From: Terriglobia bacterium
GTDB lineage: Bacteria; Acidobacteriota; Terriglobia; Terriglobales; Acidobacteriaceae
DNA: 64,000 bases
Assembly: GCA_963788505.1 (NCBI GenBank)
Contig: CAWBGY010000005.1
Location: 447,565-511,564 of the forward strand
Direction of reading: 5' to 3'
Under the pieces are notes generated by a model, which saw only the letters and a program-made list of their open reading frames with translations, made no database searches and was not told the origin of the DNA. Position 1 is the stretch's first letter; the number at the start of each line of letters is the position of its first letter. Of this stretch, positions 39,027 to 51,901 are shown piece by piece. A program made the translations under genes and the position numbers.

Positions 39027-39596
39027 TTATTCGCCCGAGCTACGCGAGTCCACCCAAACGCGGACGTTCTCGTCCTGGCCCGTCACCTTCACCAGGTTCA
39101 TATCTCCGACATTTTCAAGAGCCTTGACCGCGGCTTCGATGTTCAGTTGGTCCTCGCTGGTCTCGGAAATCAGGGCCTGCGCGACATCCCAGGGAATCGT
39201 CACCTCGACGTTCTGCTTGTTTTCCTTATCTACCGCGTGCACCACCATGAGTCCGTGCTCTTTGGCGACGCGAACATCGTTGCCCGCATCCTGCACACTC
39301 ACAAACTCGCCTTCCGGGGCAGCCTTCAGAGCGGCGAGAATGGCTCGTACGTTCACGTTGTTGGCGTCGAGGTGGCCAATGCAGACCTTTCCATCCCGCA
39401 GCTGGCCATGATTGATCGCCGGGATTACCTGCGCAGCCAAACTCAGAGGGAGGTTGACGCGAACCAGTTCGTGGGTTCCGGGGCTGCTGACCCTGACGTG
39501 GATGTAACGCGTGGTGGTCGCCGCAAACGCGAAAGTCGCCAGAAGCAGGGCGGAGAATACCACCAGGGCCGTGAAACCTTTTCCAGTAGTTTTCAT
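39027..39596 (-). CDS. Secreted hypothetical protein, paralogue of 38533..38970
   Basis: Signal peptide ..LLLATFAFA, then YIHVRVSS..LVRVNLPLSLA...PEGEFVSVQDAGNDVRVAKEHGLMVVHAV. Confidence 0.6.
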   Translation of the reverse strand: MKTTGKGFTALVVFSALLLATFAFAATTTRYIHVRVSSPGTHELVRVNLPLSLAAQVIPAINHGQLRDGKVCIGHLDANNVNVRAILAALKAAPEGEFVSVQDAGNDVRVAKEHGLMVVHAVDKENKQNVEVTIPWDVAQALISETSEDQLNIEAAVKALENVGDMNLVKVTGQDENVRVWVDSRSSGE

Positions 39597-39830
39597 GTTG
39601 TCCTCTCAGGACGGATGGCGTTGGGCATCCCGGTTGGGGGATGGCCGTAAGGTGTCCTGGCAGAGATACGGAAGAGGTGCAAGGAAAGTTCCGGGCGGAT
39701 CGAGTCTTGGCGGAAGGCGACTCTGAGCAGAATGTTTCGGGGCTGAACGCGTCCAGACAAAGGAAGTCCGCGCCGATTAGCTGTAAAATCACAGCAGACA
39801 ATTGTGGCCGTCCCCACGCACTAACCATCA

Positions 39831-40418
39831 ATGAGCAAGTCCCGAAAATCGGCGAAAATCGGCGTCCTCGCCCTCCAGGGGGACTTCGACGCCCACCGTC
39901 GCCGCCTCGAAGAGCTGGGCGCCGAAGTCGTTCTGGTCAAAAAGCCCGAGCAGTTGGATGACATCGACGGGCTGGTCATTCCGGGCGGGGAGTCAGGCAC
40001 ATTTCTCAAGCTGCTGGGCGACGCCGGCTTCGAGAAACTGAAGCAGTTTGCGCGCACCAAACCCACCTTTGGAACTTGTGCCGGAGCCATTCTGCTGGCC
40101 GGTGAGGTTGAGAACCCAAGTCAGGCGGGTCTGGGCGCTATCGATATCGGTATTCGCAGGAATGCCTACGGGCGCCAGCTGGACAGCTCGATCCGCCAGG
40201 GAAAGCTCGGCGAGTCACCGATTGAGATGGTGTTTATCCGCGCGCCCAGGATCGAGCGCATCGGCCCCGGAGTCGAAGTGATCGCGACCGAGGGCGACGA
40301 TCCTGTGGCCGTCCGCCAGGGAAAAGCGATGGCGGCGACCTTCCATCCTGAGCTTTCCGAAGATACGCGAGTCCATCAAGCGTTTCTGGATCTGGTCAAC
40401 AACGGACACCAAAAGTAG
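39831..40418 (+). CDS. pdxT: Pyridoxal 5'-phosphate synthase, glutaminase subunit
   Basis: IGVLALQGDFDAH...GLVIPGGESGT...GTCAGAILLA...FHPELSEDTRVHQAFL (Cys-His-Glu triad context). Confidence 0.9.
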   Translation: MSKSRKSAKIGVLALQGDFDAHRRRLEELGAEVVLVKKPEQLDDIDGLVIPGGESGTFLKLLGDAGFEKLKQFARTKPTFGTCAGAILLAGEVENPSQAGLGAIDIGIRRNAYGRQLDSSIRQGKLGESPIEMVFIRAPRIERIGPGVEVIATEGDDPVAVRQGKAMAATFHPELSEDTRVHQAFLDLVNNGHQK

Positions 40419-40462
40419 TTCTCGTTTGCACAGCCGGCGCAGAACCTCAATCGAACGTATGG

Positions 40463-40873
40463 TCACTTGCGGGGCAGGAACTCGATCTTGACATCCTTAA
40501 TCGCGGGTTTCAGATCAAAATCAGCCGTTACTAGAATGCGATCAGAAGATTCGGCCGCCAGTTCCACTCCGAAAGCATCTACGTAAGGAATCTTTCTGTT
40601 GAGCTTGATGAGCGAAGCCCGGACGGCGCGTTCCGGGTTTACCGGTACGATCTCAAATCCGAAGGCTTCGAGACGCGCCAGAACCCGGTCCATGGTCGAC
40701 CTGCCATGAAACTTGCAGGTCACTCCCGCGATCTCGCCCCAGTGAACCGCCGATAGGATCGCCGAGCAGGTTCCGGCAAGGTGTGACTCTATGATTTCGG
40801 CCACCCGACCCGAGCCGGCCTCATCGTCCAGATAGCGCAGCATCGCGCTGGCATCGAGGACGTAGGCTACCAT
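40463..40873 (-). CDS. vapC: PIN-domain toxin, VapC family
   Basis: 136 aa. N-terminal YVLDASAMLRYL (first acidic residue), later acidic positions. Overlaps the upstream antitoxin gene by 7 nt. Confidence 0.8.
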   Translation of the reverse strand: MVAYVLDASAMLRYLDDEAGSGRVAEIIESHLAGTCSAILSAVHWGEIAGVTCKFHGRSTMDRVLARLEAFGFEIVPVNPERAVRASLIKLNRKIPYVDAFGVELAAESSDRILVTADFDLKPAIKDVKIEFLPRK

Positions 40874-41100
40874 TTGTCCTTCTGGCGTTCCTTTTTCAAT
40901 GCTGCCGAGAGCGAAGGTCCACCTTTCAACATGCCCCGGGTTCTCTCGACCAGCGCTTTGGAAACCGGCTCGAGAACGATTCGGGAGTCTTCCACGGCGA
41001 CCGAGATTCGAGTTCCGGGTTCAATCCGAAGGGAAGCTCGAATCTCTGCAGGAATGACAAACTGCCCTTTGCTGCTTACAGTGGTGATCCGACGTAACAT
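40867..41100 (-). CDS. vapB: AbrB/SpoVT-fold antitoxin (VapB-like)
   Basis: 77 aa. VSSKGQFVIPAEIRASLRIEPGTRISV swapped-hairpin motif. Confidence 0.75.
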   Translation of the reverse strand: MLRRITTVSSKGQFVIPAEIRASLRIEPGTRISVAVEDSRIVLEPVSKALVERTRGMLKGGPSLSAALKKERQKDKW

Positions 41101-41150
41101 AGCTTACATTGTACCATAAAGTAAGACGTAATCGGGAACGCAAATTTCTG

Positions 41151-41179
41151 TTGACAACTTTTATCTGTAACGCTATGGT
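41151..41179 (+). promoter_or_regulatory. Sigma70-type promoter of the ArsR-family gene, with an inverted repeat over the -10 and a near-leaderless geometry
   Basis: TTGACA-17 nt-TATGGT. The -10 ends 8 nt before ATG 41188. GTAAC-gctatg-GTTAC inverted repeat spans the -10 and is a candidate ArsR operator. Confidence 0.4.
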
Positions 41180-41187
41180 TACGCATT

Positions 41188-41586
41188 ATGCGGAACCGTT
41201 CGGTTACATATTCACCTGAGGCCGCTTTTCACGCCCTGGCCGACCCCACGCGGCGGGCCGTGCTCGACCTGCTGCGGCAGGGCATCCAGCCGGCGGGGCA
41301 GATTGCGCGGGCGTTTCCGGTGTCGCGGCCTGCGATTTCGAAACACCTGCGCTTGCTGCGCCGCGCCCACCTGGTGCAGGAGAAACGCGAAGGACGGCAT
41401 CGCCTGTACCAGCTCAACCCCGAACCCCTGAAGGCGGTGGACTCCTGGCTGGAGCAGTACCGCGTCTTCTGGCAGGCCAACCTCAACAGCCTGAAGGCGT
41501 TTGTCGAAGCCGAGCACGCCCGGGAAACCGCGGGACTGGGCCGCGGCAGCAAAGATAGAGCTAAACATTCAAGATCGAATGAGTAA
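41188..41586 (+). CDS. ArsR/SmtB-family transcriptional regulator
   Basis: HALADPTRRAVLDLLRQGIQPAGQIARAFPVSRPAISKHLRLLRRAHLV wHTH signature. Confidence 0.85.
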   Translation: MRNRSVTYSPEAAFHALADPTRRAVLDLLRQGIQPAGQIARAFPVSRPAISKHLRLLRRAHLVQEKREGRHRLYQLNPEPLKAVDSWLEQYRVFWQANLNSLKAFVEAEHARETAGLGRGSKDRAKHSRSNE

Positions 41587-41646
41587 TAGGACACTGCAAC
41601 ACCAATTCCGGTCCTCGCGACCGATCTAACTTAGGAGGAGTTGACT

Positions 41647-42135
41647 ATGAAGCTAGTCCGTATCGCAATCACGCTGCTGTTTGTGCTGGTCACGTCGGCC
41701 GCCTTTGCCGAATCTCCGGCGCAGAAGTCCTTTGAAGAACTCAAGGCGCTGAATGGGACCTGGGAAGGAAGAACGCCGAAGGGTGAAGCGGTTGAGGTGT
41801 CCTATAGGGTGACCTCGAACGGGTCTGCGCTGATGAGCGAAATCAAGGGCAAGGAAGACATGATCACCATGTTCAATCTCGACGGCGATCGCCTGCTGAT
41901 GACGCACTACTGCGCTGCGGGCAACCAGCCCCGCATGGTGGCCAGCGCGTCGCCCGACGGCAAGACGTTCACGTTCGCCTTTCTCGATGCCACCAACCTT
42001 GCGACTCCCGATGCCCCTCATATGAATCATCTGGTCATCTCCATGCCGGATGCCAATCACCACAGCGAAGAGTGGGTCTACAACGACCACGGCAAAGAGA
42101 TGAAGGAAGTCTTTGAATTGCAGCGCAAACAGTAA
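41647..42135 (+). CDS. Secreted hypothetical protein (DUF1579-like beta-rich protein)
   Basis: AGGAGG RBS then ATG 41647. Signal peptide ..LFVLVTSAAFA. LNGTWEG...LLMTHYCAAGNQPRM pattern. Confidence 0.6.
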   Translation: MKLVRIAITLLFVLVTSAAFAESPAQKSFEELKALNGTWEGRTPKGEAVEVSYRVTSNGSALMSEIKGKEDMITMFNLDGDRLLMTHYCAAGNQPRMVASASPDGKTFTFAFLDATNLATPDAPHMNHLVISMPDANHHSEEWVYNDHGKEMKEVFELQRKQ

Positions 42136-42217
42136 CAGCTATCGCGGGGACGGGCGGGGACGCCCGTCCTCCATTCCCTCAGAAAATATCGCGAATGAGA
42201 AAGAGGAGAAAGCAGCC

Positions 42218-42749
42218 ATGGCGACCAGTGCAGTGACTCCCGATAACGACACGGTTGTAGCGGAAGTATTCATCGCGGCGCCACCGGAGCGCGTCTTCGA
42301 GGCCATCACGGATCCGCACCAGATGCCTTTATGGTGGGGCCAAAAAGGTCTCTACCGGGTTACGGAGTGGAAAGCCGATCTGCGTCCCGGCGGCAAGTGG
42401 CAAAGCGACGGCGTTGGGAGCCGACGGCACAACCTTCCGGGTGGAGGGCGAGTATCTGGAAATTGACCGGCCTCGCCTGCTGGTGCACACCTGGATTTCA
42501 AGCTATTCGCCGCTGAAAACGGTAGTGCGCTGGGAGCTGGAACCCCGCGAAGTTCATGGCTTGCAGCACAAGGGACCACAAAAGGTCGGCACGGGAACGT
42601 TCGTGAAAATCCGGCACGAAGGATTTGCCGGCAATCTGGCGCAAGCCAAGGGCCACAGCGACGGCTGGGTACGGGTGCTCGGCTGGATGCAGGCCTTTGT
42701 CGAACAGGGCAAGACCATCGACACGCGCAACGAAGCAGGGGTTGTGTAG
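42218..42749 (+). CDS. SRPBCC/Aha1-domain protein; frame broken once
   Basis: VFIAAPPERVFEAITDPHQMPLWWG...RPGGKWQSDGVG|ADGTTFRVEGEYLEIDRPRLLVHTW. One extra base near 42418-42420. The ArsR + Aha1-like pairing is a common operon. Confidence 0.75.
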
Positions 42750-42766
42750 CCTCGCTGGCCGTACGT

Positions 42767-42956
42767 TGTCATCCTGAGCGAAGCTGTCCCTGCGCCAGCG
42801 CAGGGACAGCTGAGTCGAAGGACCCCTATAGCGCCATCAAACCTTTCGGTCTGGGTGCGGCCTATTTTTGCCCACGGCAGCACAGAAGAGGGTAGGGGTG
42901 CTTCGACTCCGTCTGCGCGGTCGCAAGCGACCGCACAGACTCCGCTCAGCATGACA
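42767..42956. repeat. TGTCATCCTGAGCG-terminated element (family R2), copy D
   Basis: TGTCATCCTGAGCGAAG ... CCGCTCAGCATGACA. Hairpins ctgtccctgcgc-cag-cgcagggacag and gtctgcgcggtcgc-aa-gcgaccgcacagac. Inner GTCGAAGGACC / CTTCGAC boxes. Confidence 0.8.
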
Positions 42957-42967
42957 AAGAAACCCGT

Positions 42968-46832
<3,865 letters not shown>

Positions 46833-47224
46833 CTTCTACTCCTTAGGGCTCGCCGATTAAGATCGCCGAGTTTGTGTGGTCGCGGGCGACTCGCCCGCGA
46901 AGAATCGACCGGTTATCGGTGGTGCATGCAAGCATCATCAGCCGGGTTGATTAATTGGATTCCTCCAATACGTCGCTCTGGTGAGCGCCTCCCAGGCTGG
47001 AGTCGGCGAGGCACAAATTAGAGCTACTGTAACGGTCAAATCATCCCGGGGTCAAGTACGAAAACACTATATCTGGTATGGCCTTACGGCTGACCGCGCC
47101 AGATTGAACACATAATGCAGCACCTTCCGGCAAATTGGGTAGGGGAGCGAGAGGAGGGGAAGAACCGCGAGAGCAAAACCAGCCTAGCGCAATTGCAGGG
47201 CTAAGGCAATGTCGCAGAATCGAT

Positions 47225-47386
47225 CGTAGTGTCCTGATTCGGCGTTCTTGGCCCTTCTTCGCGCTCTTTGCGGATCTTTTTTGCGAACTTTGCGGTTAAG
47301 AGTCTTGCATGACTCGTGCGAGATCCAACCCTTTACCGCAAAGGGCGCAAAGAAGGGCCGCAGAGTTCGCAAAGTTAAGATCGCGC
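47225..47386 (-). repeat. Family R1 long element, copy 4 (inverted relative to copy 5)
   Basis: The reverse complement aligns with 51600..51761 at about 144 of 162 positions (manual alignment), including flanks outside the CTTTGCG arms (GCGCGATCT.., ..CGCCGAATCAGGACACTACG). Confidence 0.85.
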
Positions 47387-47553
47387 ACTCGGGTGATCTG
47401 CCAAGTCAGGACAACCACCGAATCGATTGCAATTTTTGAAACCGACGGCGGAAGCCCTTGACCTTCTTCCGCGACAAGCTCAGAATCGCTCGACAATCCC
47501 AAGCGCCAGTTTCCAGCACCGTACCGAGGTGCCGGTTCAAGGCAGGTAAACAC

Positions 47554-48021
47554 ATGACAGTCAAGCAGGGGGACCTATCGCTCCTGGAACATCCCGCCTC
47601 GAAGGAGCTTCTACAATCGAAAATTCCAGCTCGGCTGGCCTACGTCTGGACCGACGGGACGCCCAGAGTCGTGCCCATCTGGTTTCACTGGAACGGAAAA
47701 GAGTTCGTGATGGCGACGCCACCCAAAGCTCCGAAACTAAAGGCTCTGGCCAAGAATCCGAAAGTGTCGCTCACCATCGACAGCAATGATTTTCCCCACA
47801 AGGTGCTGCTGGTGCGGGGCACGGCGCGACTGGAGCCAGTGGACGGGATTGTTCCGGAGTATGCCACGGCCGCCCAGCGCTATTTCTCGCCCGAGGTGGC
47901 GGAGGCCTGGATGAACCAGCTTCGCACTCGCGTTTCGTCCATGGTACGAATCGTGATTGTGCCCGAGTGGGTCGGTCTCCTGGACTTCGAGACTCGCTTT
48001 CCCAGCGCGTTATCGTCATGA
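47554..48021 (+). CDS. Pyridoxamine 5'-phosphate oxidase-fold (PPOX/F420-class) family protein
   Basis: ARLAYVWTDGTPRVVPIWFHWNGKEFVMAT...KALAKNPKVSLTID pattern of the split-barrel flavin/deazaflavin-binding family. ATG 47554. Confidence 0.7.
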   Translation: MTVKQGDLSLLEHPASKELLQSKIPARLAYVWTDGTPRVVPIWFHWNGKEFVMATPPKAPKLKALAKNPKVSLTIDSNDFPHKVLLVRGTARLEPVDGIVPEYATAAQRYFSPEVAEAWMNQLRTRVSSMVRIVIVPEWVGLLDFETRFPSALSS

Positions 48022-48040
48022 ACAACCTGGCCGTCCTCTC

Positions 48041-49415
48041 CTACTGGCCAAGCTTTTCGAAGAACAGGCAGATCGATTCGATTCCGCGATAGAAGTTCGG
48101 GATGTGGAATTTCTCGTTCGGCGCGTGCAGGTTGTCGTCGGGAAGGCCGAAGCCCATCATCACCGACGGAATTTTCAATACGTCCTGAAAATCGGTAACG
48201 ATGGGAATTGAGCCACCGGATCGAATGAAGACCGTCTCTTTCTTGAATACATCGTGCAGAGCTTCGGTGGCGGCCTTGATGTATTTGTTGTCCGTGCCTA
48301 CCACGCACGCCGGGCCTTTGCTCCAAACCTTGATGCTGGTCTGAATGCCTTTAGGCGTGAGCTTCTTTACGTAATTCTTGTACCGCTTGAGAATGTCGTC
48401 CGGATTCTGATTCGGTACCAGGCGCATGGAAACCTTGGCTGAGGCTTTGGCCGGAATCACCGTCTTCGCGCCGGGAGCGACGAATCCTCCGGGCATGCCG
48501 TGCACTTCGAGCGTGGGCCGCGCCCAGGTGCGATAGAGCACCGAATAGCCCGGCTCTCCCGTCAGCACCGTCGAACCTACTTCCGTTTTGCGATAGTGCT
48601 CCTCATTAAATGGCAGGCGCTTCCACGCTTTCAGTTCATCTTTGCTGGGAGCTTTTACGTTCTTGTAGAAGCCCGGGATCAGGACTTTGCCCTTTGGCGT
48701 CCTTCAGTTTGCTGATGATTTCGATCAGGCCAAAAAACGGATTGGGGGCGGCGCCGCCGTACATTCCGGAGTGCAGGTCGGTCTTTGCTCCCACGGCTTC
48801 GATTTCGGTGTAGACCAGGCCGCGCAGCCCCACGCATAGCGTCGGCAGGTCGGCGGCAAATAGTTCGGTGTCGCAGACCAGCGCGAAATCGGCTTTCAGC
48901 TTGGCCTTTTCCTTGCGCACATAAGCGGCGATCGACTCGCCGCCGACTTCCTCTTCGCCTTCGATGATGAACTTCACATTGAGCGGCAGCTTGCCGTTGT
49001 GGCCCTTCATCAGGGCCTCGATGGCCTTGATTTCCATCCATAGCTGGCCTTTGTCGTCGACTGCGCCGCGGGCGTAGATATTGTTGTTGCGCTCGGTGGG
49101 CTCAAAGGGCGGAGAAATCCATTCGTTGAGCGGATCGGGAGGCTGCACGTCGTAGTGGGCGTAACACAGCGCGGTCGGCTTGCCGGGAGCATTGAGCCAG
49201 TCGGCGTAGATCAGGGGATGGCCCTTGGTGGGAATGATCTCAACGTGCTCGAGCCCGATGCGGCGGAGTTCAGCGGCCACAAATTCAGCCGCCTTCTGGA
49301 CGTCGGACTTGTGCTCCGGAAGAGTGCTGATGCTGGGAATGCGCAGCAGGTCTTTGAGTTCGTTGAGGAAACGCTGCTGATTGCCGCGGGCGTAGTCAAC
49401 TGCGGGAGAGGCCAT
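48041..49415 (-). CDS. M20-family metallopeptidase (dipeptidase/deacylase type); frame broken once
   Basis: LKDLLRIPSIS..., AHYDVQP, RGAVDDKG, IIEGEEEVGG metal-ligand motifs. ..KLKDAKG|KVLIPGFYKNVKAP.. junction needs one base removed near 48691. C-terminal part is ORF 48041..48568. Confidence 0.8.
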
Positions 49416-49499
49416 GGGTGGTGCCTTTCTGAGGGAGAAAACACCTCAGTATAACCGACGATGGGGATGGGGATCGAAGCGTCGGCGGCGCGGTCGCTT

Positions 49500-49580
49500 C
49501 CGCCCTTTCAGGGCTCGGTCATTTTCGTGCTCCTACCCAGGGCTTACGCCCTGGGCTGCATTCTCTTCCGCCGCTTCGCG
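49500..49580. repeat. Single copy of a hairpin-containing intergenic motif (CCCAGGGC-ttac-GCCCTGGG)
   Basis: Hairpin at 49536-49555 embedded in ..ctttcagggctcggtc..gggctgcattctcttccgccgcttcgcggc. I recall similar strings as dispersed repeats in other genomes. Only one copy here. Confidence 0.3.
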
Positions 49581-49641
49581 GCGATTTTCGGCGACCAGAA
49601 CGCGTGTAGGGCAGGATCGCTCGGACAGCCGGAAAGCTGGG

Positions 49642-50452
49642 CTACTTTTGGGCGACGAGGACGGTGTACGTTAAATCTCCAGAACGGTAAGCATCGAGAA
49701 TGATGTCGATGCCTTCCACGAATTCTCGCGCCGCTCGGGGCAATAATCTGACCGCCAGGCTGGCGGCGTGGGCGCGTTCCTGACAGATCTCCCAGGTGCG
49801 TACGATTTTTGCGGTAAGGTCCTCGCGATGGCGCACCCGCATTCCGGCGGACTCGATGGCGGACTGGTATTGGTCAGGCGTCCACAATTCCGGACACAGA
49901 AACGCCCGGGCCACTTCGCGCACGCGAGGCCGATCCATAGCGCCGGTCCACGCTGCCAGCAGCAGCTGTCCGCCCGGCCGTAGGGTGCGTGCGACGTTGG
50001 TGAAGTAGCGCGCCTTGTCGGCGAAGTGTTCGGAAGATTCCATGGTCCACACCAGGTCGAACGTCGAAGCAGGGAAGTGGAAGGAGTCGGCGTTGGCGAC
50101 TTCAAAGTTCACCAGACGTTCCACTCCCGCCTGGACCGAATGCTCCCGCGCCAGTCTTGCCTGCTTGGGACTGAGGGTGAGTCCCGTTCCCGTAGCACGA
50201 GCGCGACCGCGCCAGGTGGATCAAAGTGCCGCCGTGGCCACAGCCCACGTCCAGCACACGGGCCGGAATGGATAGGCCGAGGAGACTGATGCAATAGTCG
50301 AGCATCCCCACCTGCGCGCCCGCCGGCGCGTCGTCTTTGTCGAGAAATAGTCCGTGATGAATATGGTCGCCCCAGAAAGTGCGATAGATGAAGGCGAGAG
50401 AGTCGTAGTGGTCTCTGATGTGATCGGCCGTGATGGGGATGGCGGTGCTCAT
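49642..50452 (-). CDS. Class I SAM-dependent methyltransferase; frame broken once
   Basis: [22 protein letters not shown]...[11 protein letters not shown] (motif I), then |[46 protein letters not shown]. One base too many near 50200-50210. Confidence 0.75.
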
Positions 50453-51519
50453 GAGTCCTGAAAGCGTTCCGGCGAAAAGGGCGAGATATCACATCCCGGG
50501 TCTTCCCCCGTGACCAGCCGCGCCATTACGTGCGCGGTGACCGGCGTGAGCAGAATCCCATCGCGGAAGTGACCGGTCGCTACGAAATAGCCCTCGGTCC
50601 GGGTAGCGCCGAGAATGGGTAGATTATCAGGCGACCCTGGGCGCAACCCTGCCCACGCCTCCAGTATGCGAGCCTGGGCGAGAGCGGGCACCAGACGGAT
50701 GGCGGCCTGGCGCATGCGCTGGATGGTCTCCGCGTCGGTGCGCTTATCGAACCCCGCTTCTTCAACGGTCGCGCCCACCAGGACCCGGCCATCGCTGCGC
50801 GGAACCAGGTAAATTTCAGGAGCGCGAATGACGTGGCGCAGCAGATCGCGCGACCCTCCCACCAGCGACAGCATCTGTCCCTTGACCGGCCGAGTGGGAA
50901 ACCGATGGGGCGGCAGTTGCCCTGCCCACGCCCCCGCGCAATTGACCACCACAGGAGCCGAGTAAGTGGTCTTGTCAGTGCCGACGCCGATCACACGTCC
51001 ATCGGCCAAGCGCACCTCGTTGACCGCCGTTCCTGAGGCCAGGTCCACACCGCGATGGCGGGCGGCCTTCACTGCCGCCGTCGTAAGGGCGCGGGGATCC
51101 ACACTGCGTTCCTTCAGATAGAAACCCGGCAGATTTACCTGGCCGAGCGCGGGCTCGAGTTCGGCCAGCGGCAAGGGCAGCGGACAGTCCGCGATCAACC
51201 CAGGCCGCTCCCGCAAGTGCTCGGGTGTGGCGAAAAAGATGGTGCCCTGATCGCGCAGGTCAGCCTTCATGCCCGATTCGTCCTGCAATTCATGAACGAA
51301 CTCGGGATACATACGCGCACTGGCGCTGGCCAGGGGTTGAAGCGCAGGCGGAATCTCCAGCGGATAATCGGCCAGCATGCCGGCGGCGGCATGTGACGCT
51401 TCGCGTCCGGGCTCTCCGCGTTCCACCACCAGCACGGTGGCGCCACGCTTGCGCAGCCCGATCGAGAGCGAGAGCCCGATGATCCCACCGCCGACGATGA
51501 TCACGTCCCACCGCTTCAT
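50449..51519 (-). CDS. thiO: FAD-dependent glycine/D-amino-acid oxidase family protein (ThiO-like)
   Basis: [22 protein letters not shown] dinucleotide-binding motif, 356 aa. [11 protein letters not shown] and C-terminal FSPERF resemble ThiO. ATGA overlap with the downstream methyltransferase. Confidence 0.6.
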   Translation of the reverse strand: MKRWDVIIVGGGIIGLSLSIGLRKRGATVLVVERGEPGREASHAAAGMLADYPLEIPPALQPLASASARMYPEFVHELQDESGMKADLRDQGTIFFATPEHLRERPGLIADCPLPLPLAELEPALGQVNLPGFYLKERSVDPRALTTAAVKAARHRGVDLASGTAVNEVRLADGRVIGVGTDKTTYSAPVVVNCAGAWAGQLPPHRFPTRPVKGQMLSLVGGSRDLLRHVIRAPEIYLVPRSDGRVLVGATVEEAGFDKRTDAETIQRMRQAAIRLVPALAQARILEAWAGLRPGSPDNLPILGATRTEGYFVATGHFRDGILLTPVTAHVMARLVTGEDPGCDISPFSPERFQDS

Positions 51520-51599
51520 GCTTCGATTGTAAAGCAGCCTGAGAGGCTCGCCTCCTGCTCCAGACGGGTAGTGTTCTAATTCGTCAGATCAGCTCGAAT

Positions 51600-51761
51600 G
51601 CGCGATCTGAACTTTGCGAACTTTGCGGATCTTCTTTGCGTCCTTTGCGGTTAAGGGTTTGATCTCGCCCGAGTCATGCAAGACTTTTAACCGCAAAGGA
51701 CGCAAAGAAGATCCGCAAAGACCGCAAAGAAGGGCAACGAGCGCCGAATCAGGACACTACG
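51600..51761 (+). repeat. Family R1 long element, copy 5
   Basis: GCGCGATCTgaaCTTTGCGaaCTTTGCGGatcttCTTTGCGtcCTTTGCGGTTAAG - 32-nt loop - TTAACCGCAAAGgaCGCAAAGaagatcCGCAAAGacCGCAAAGaagggc...GAATCAGGACACTACG. Confidence 0.85.
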
Positions 51762-51901
51762 TTCAAACGAGGCGTGGATCATGGGTGGTCGGGCGTTCTG
51801 ATCGAATGCCGGGAAACACTAAAGTTACTTTCAGCCGAACCCTTCTGGGTACGCCGGGTCTCCGCATGGCCAACTTATAATCCCGGCAGACTGCAACCGC
51901 C

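Noticed and set aside
46833-47220. Possible small RNA gene (6S, SRP or RNase P RNA) in the ~390-nt region between the smc start and repeat R1 copy 4.
   Set aside because: I could not find any of the conserved cores (SRP GGAAG-CAGCC helix 8 motif, RNase P GAGGAAAGTCC, tmRNA ends). Without a covariance-model search nothing can be claimed.
51520-51600. TPP riboswitch upstream of the ThiO-like gene.
   Set aside because: The leader is only ~80 nt and lacks the conserved CTGAGA / ACCTGATCTGGATAATGCCAGCG-type elements.
47225-51761. Composite transposon or integrative element defined by the inverted R1 copies.
   Set aside because: There is no transposase, integrase, recombinase or target-site duplication, and the enclosed genes are ordinary metabolic genes. 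Only the inverted-repeat geometry is reported.
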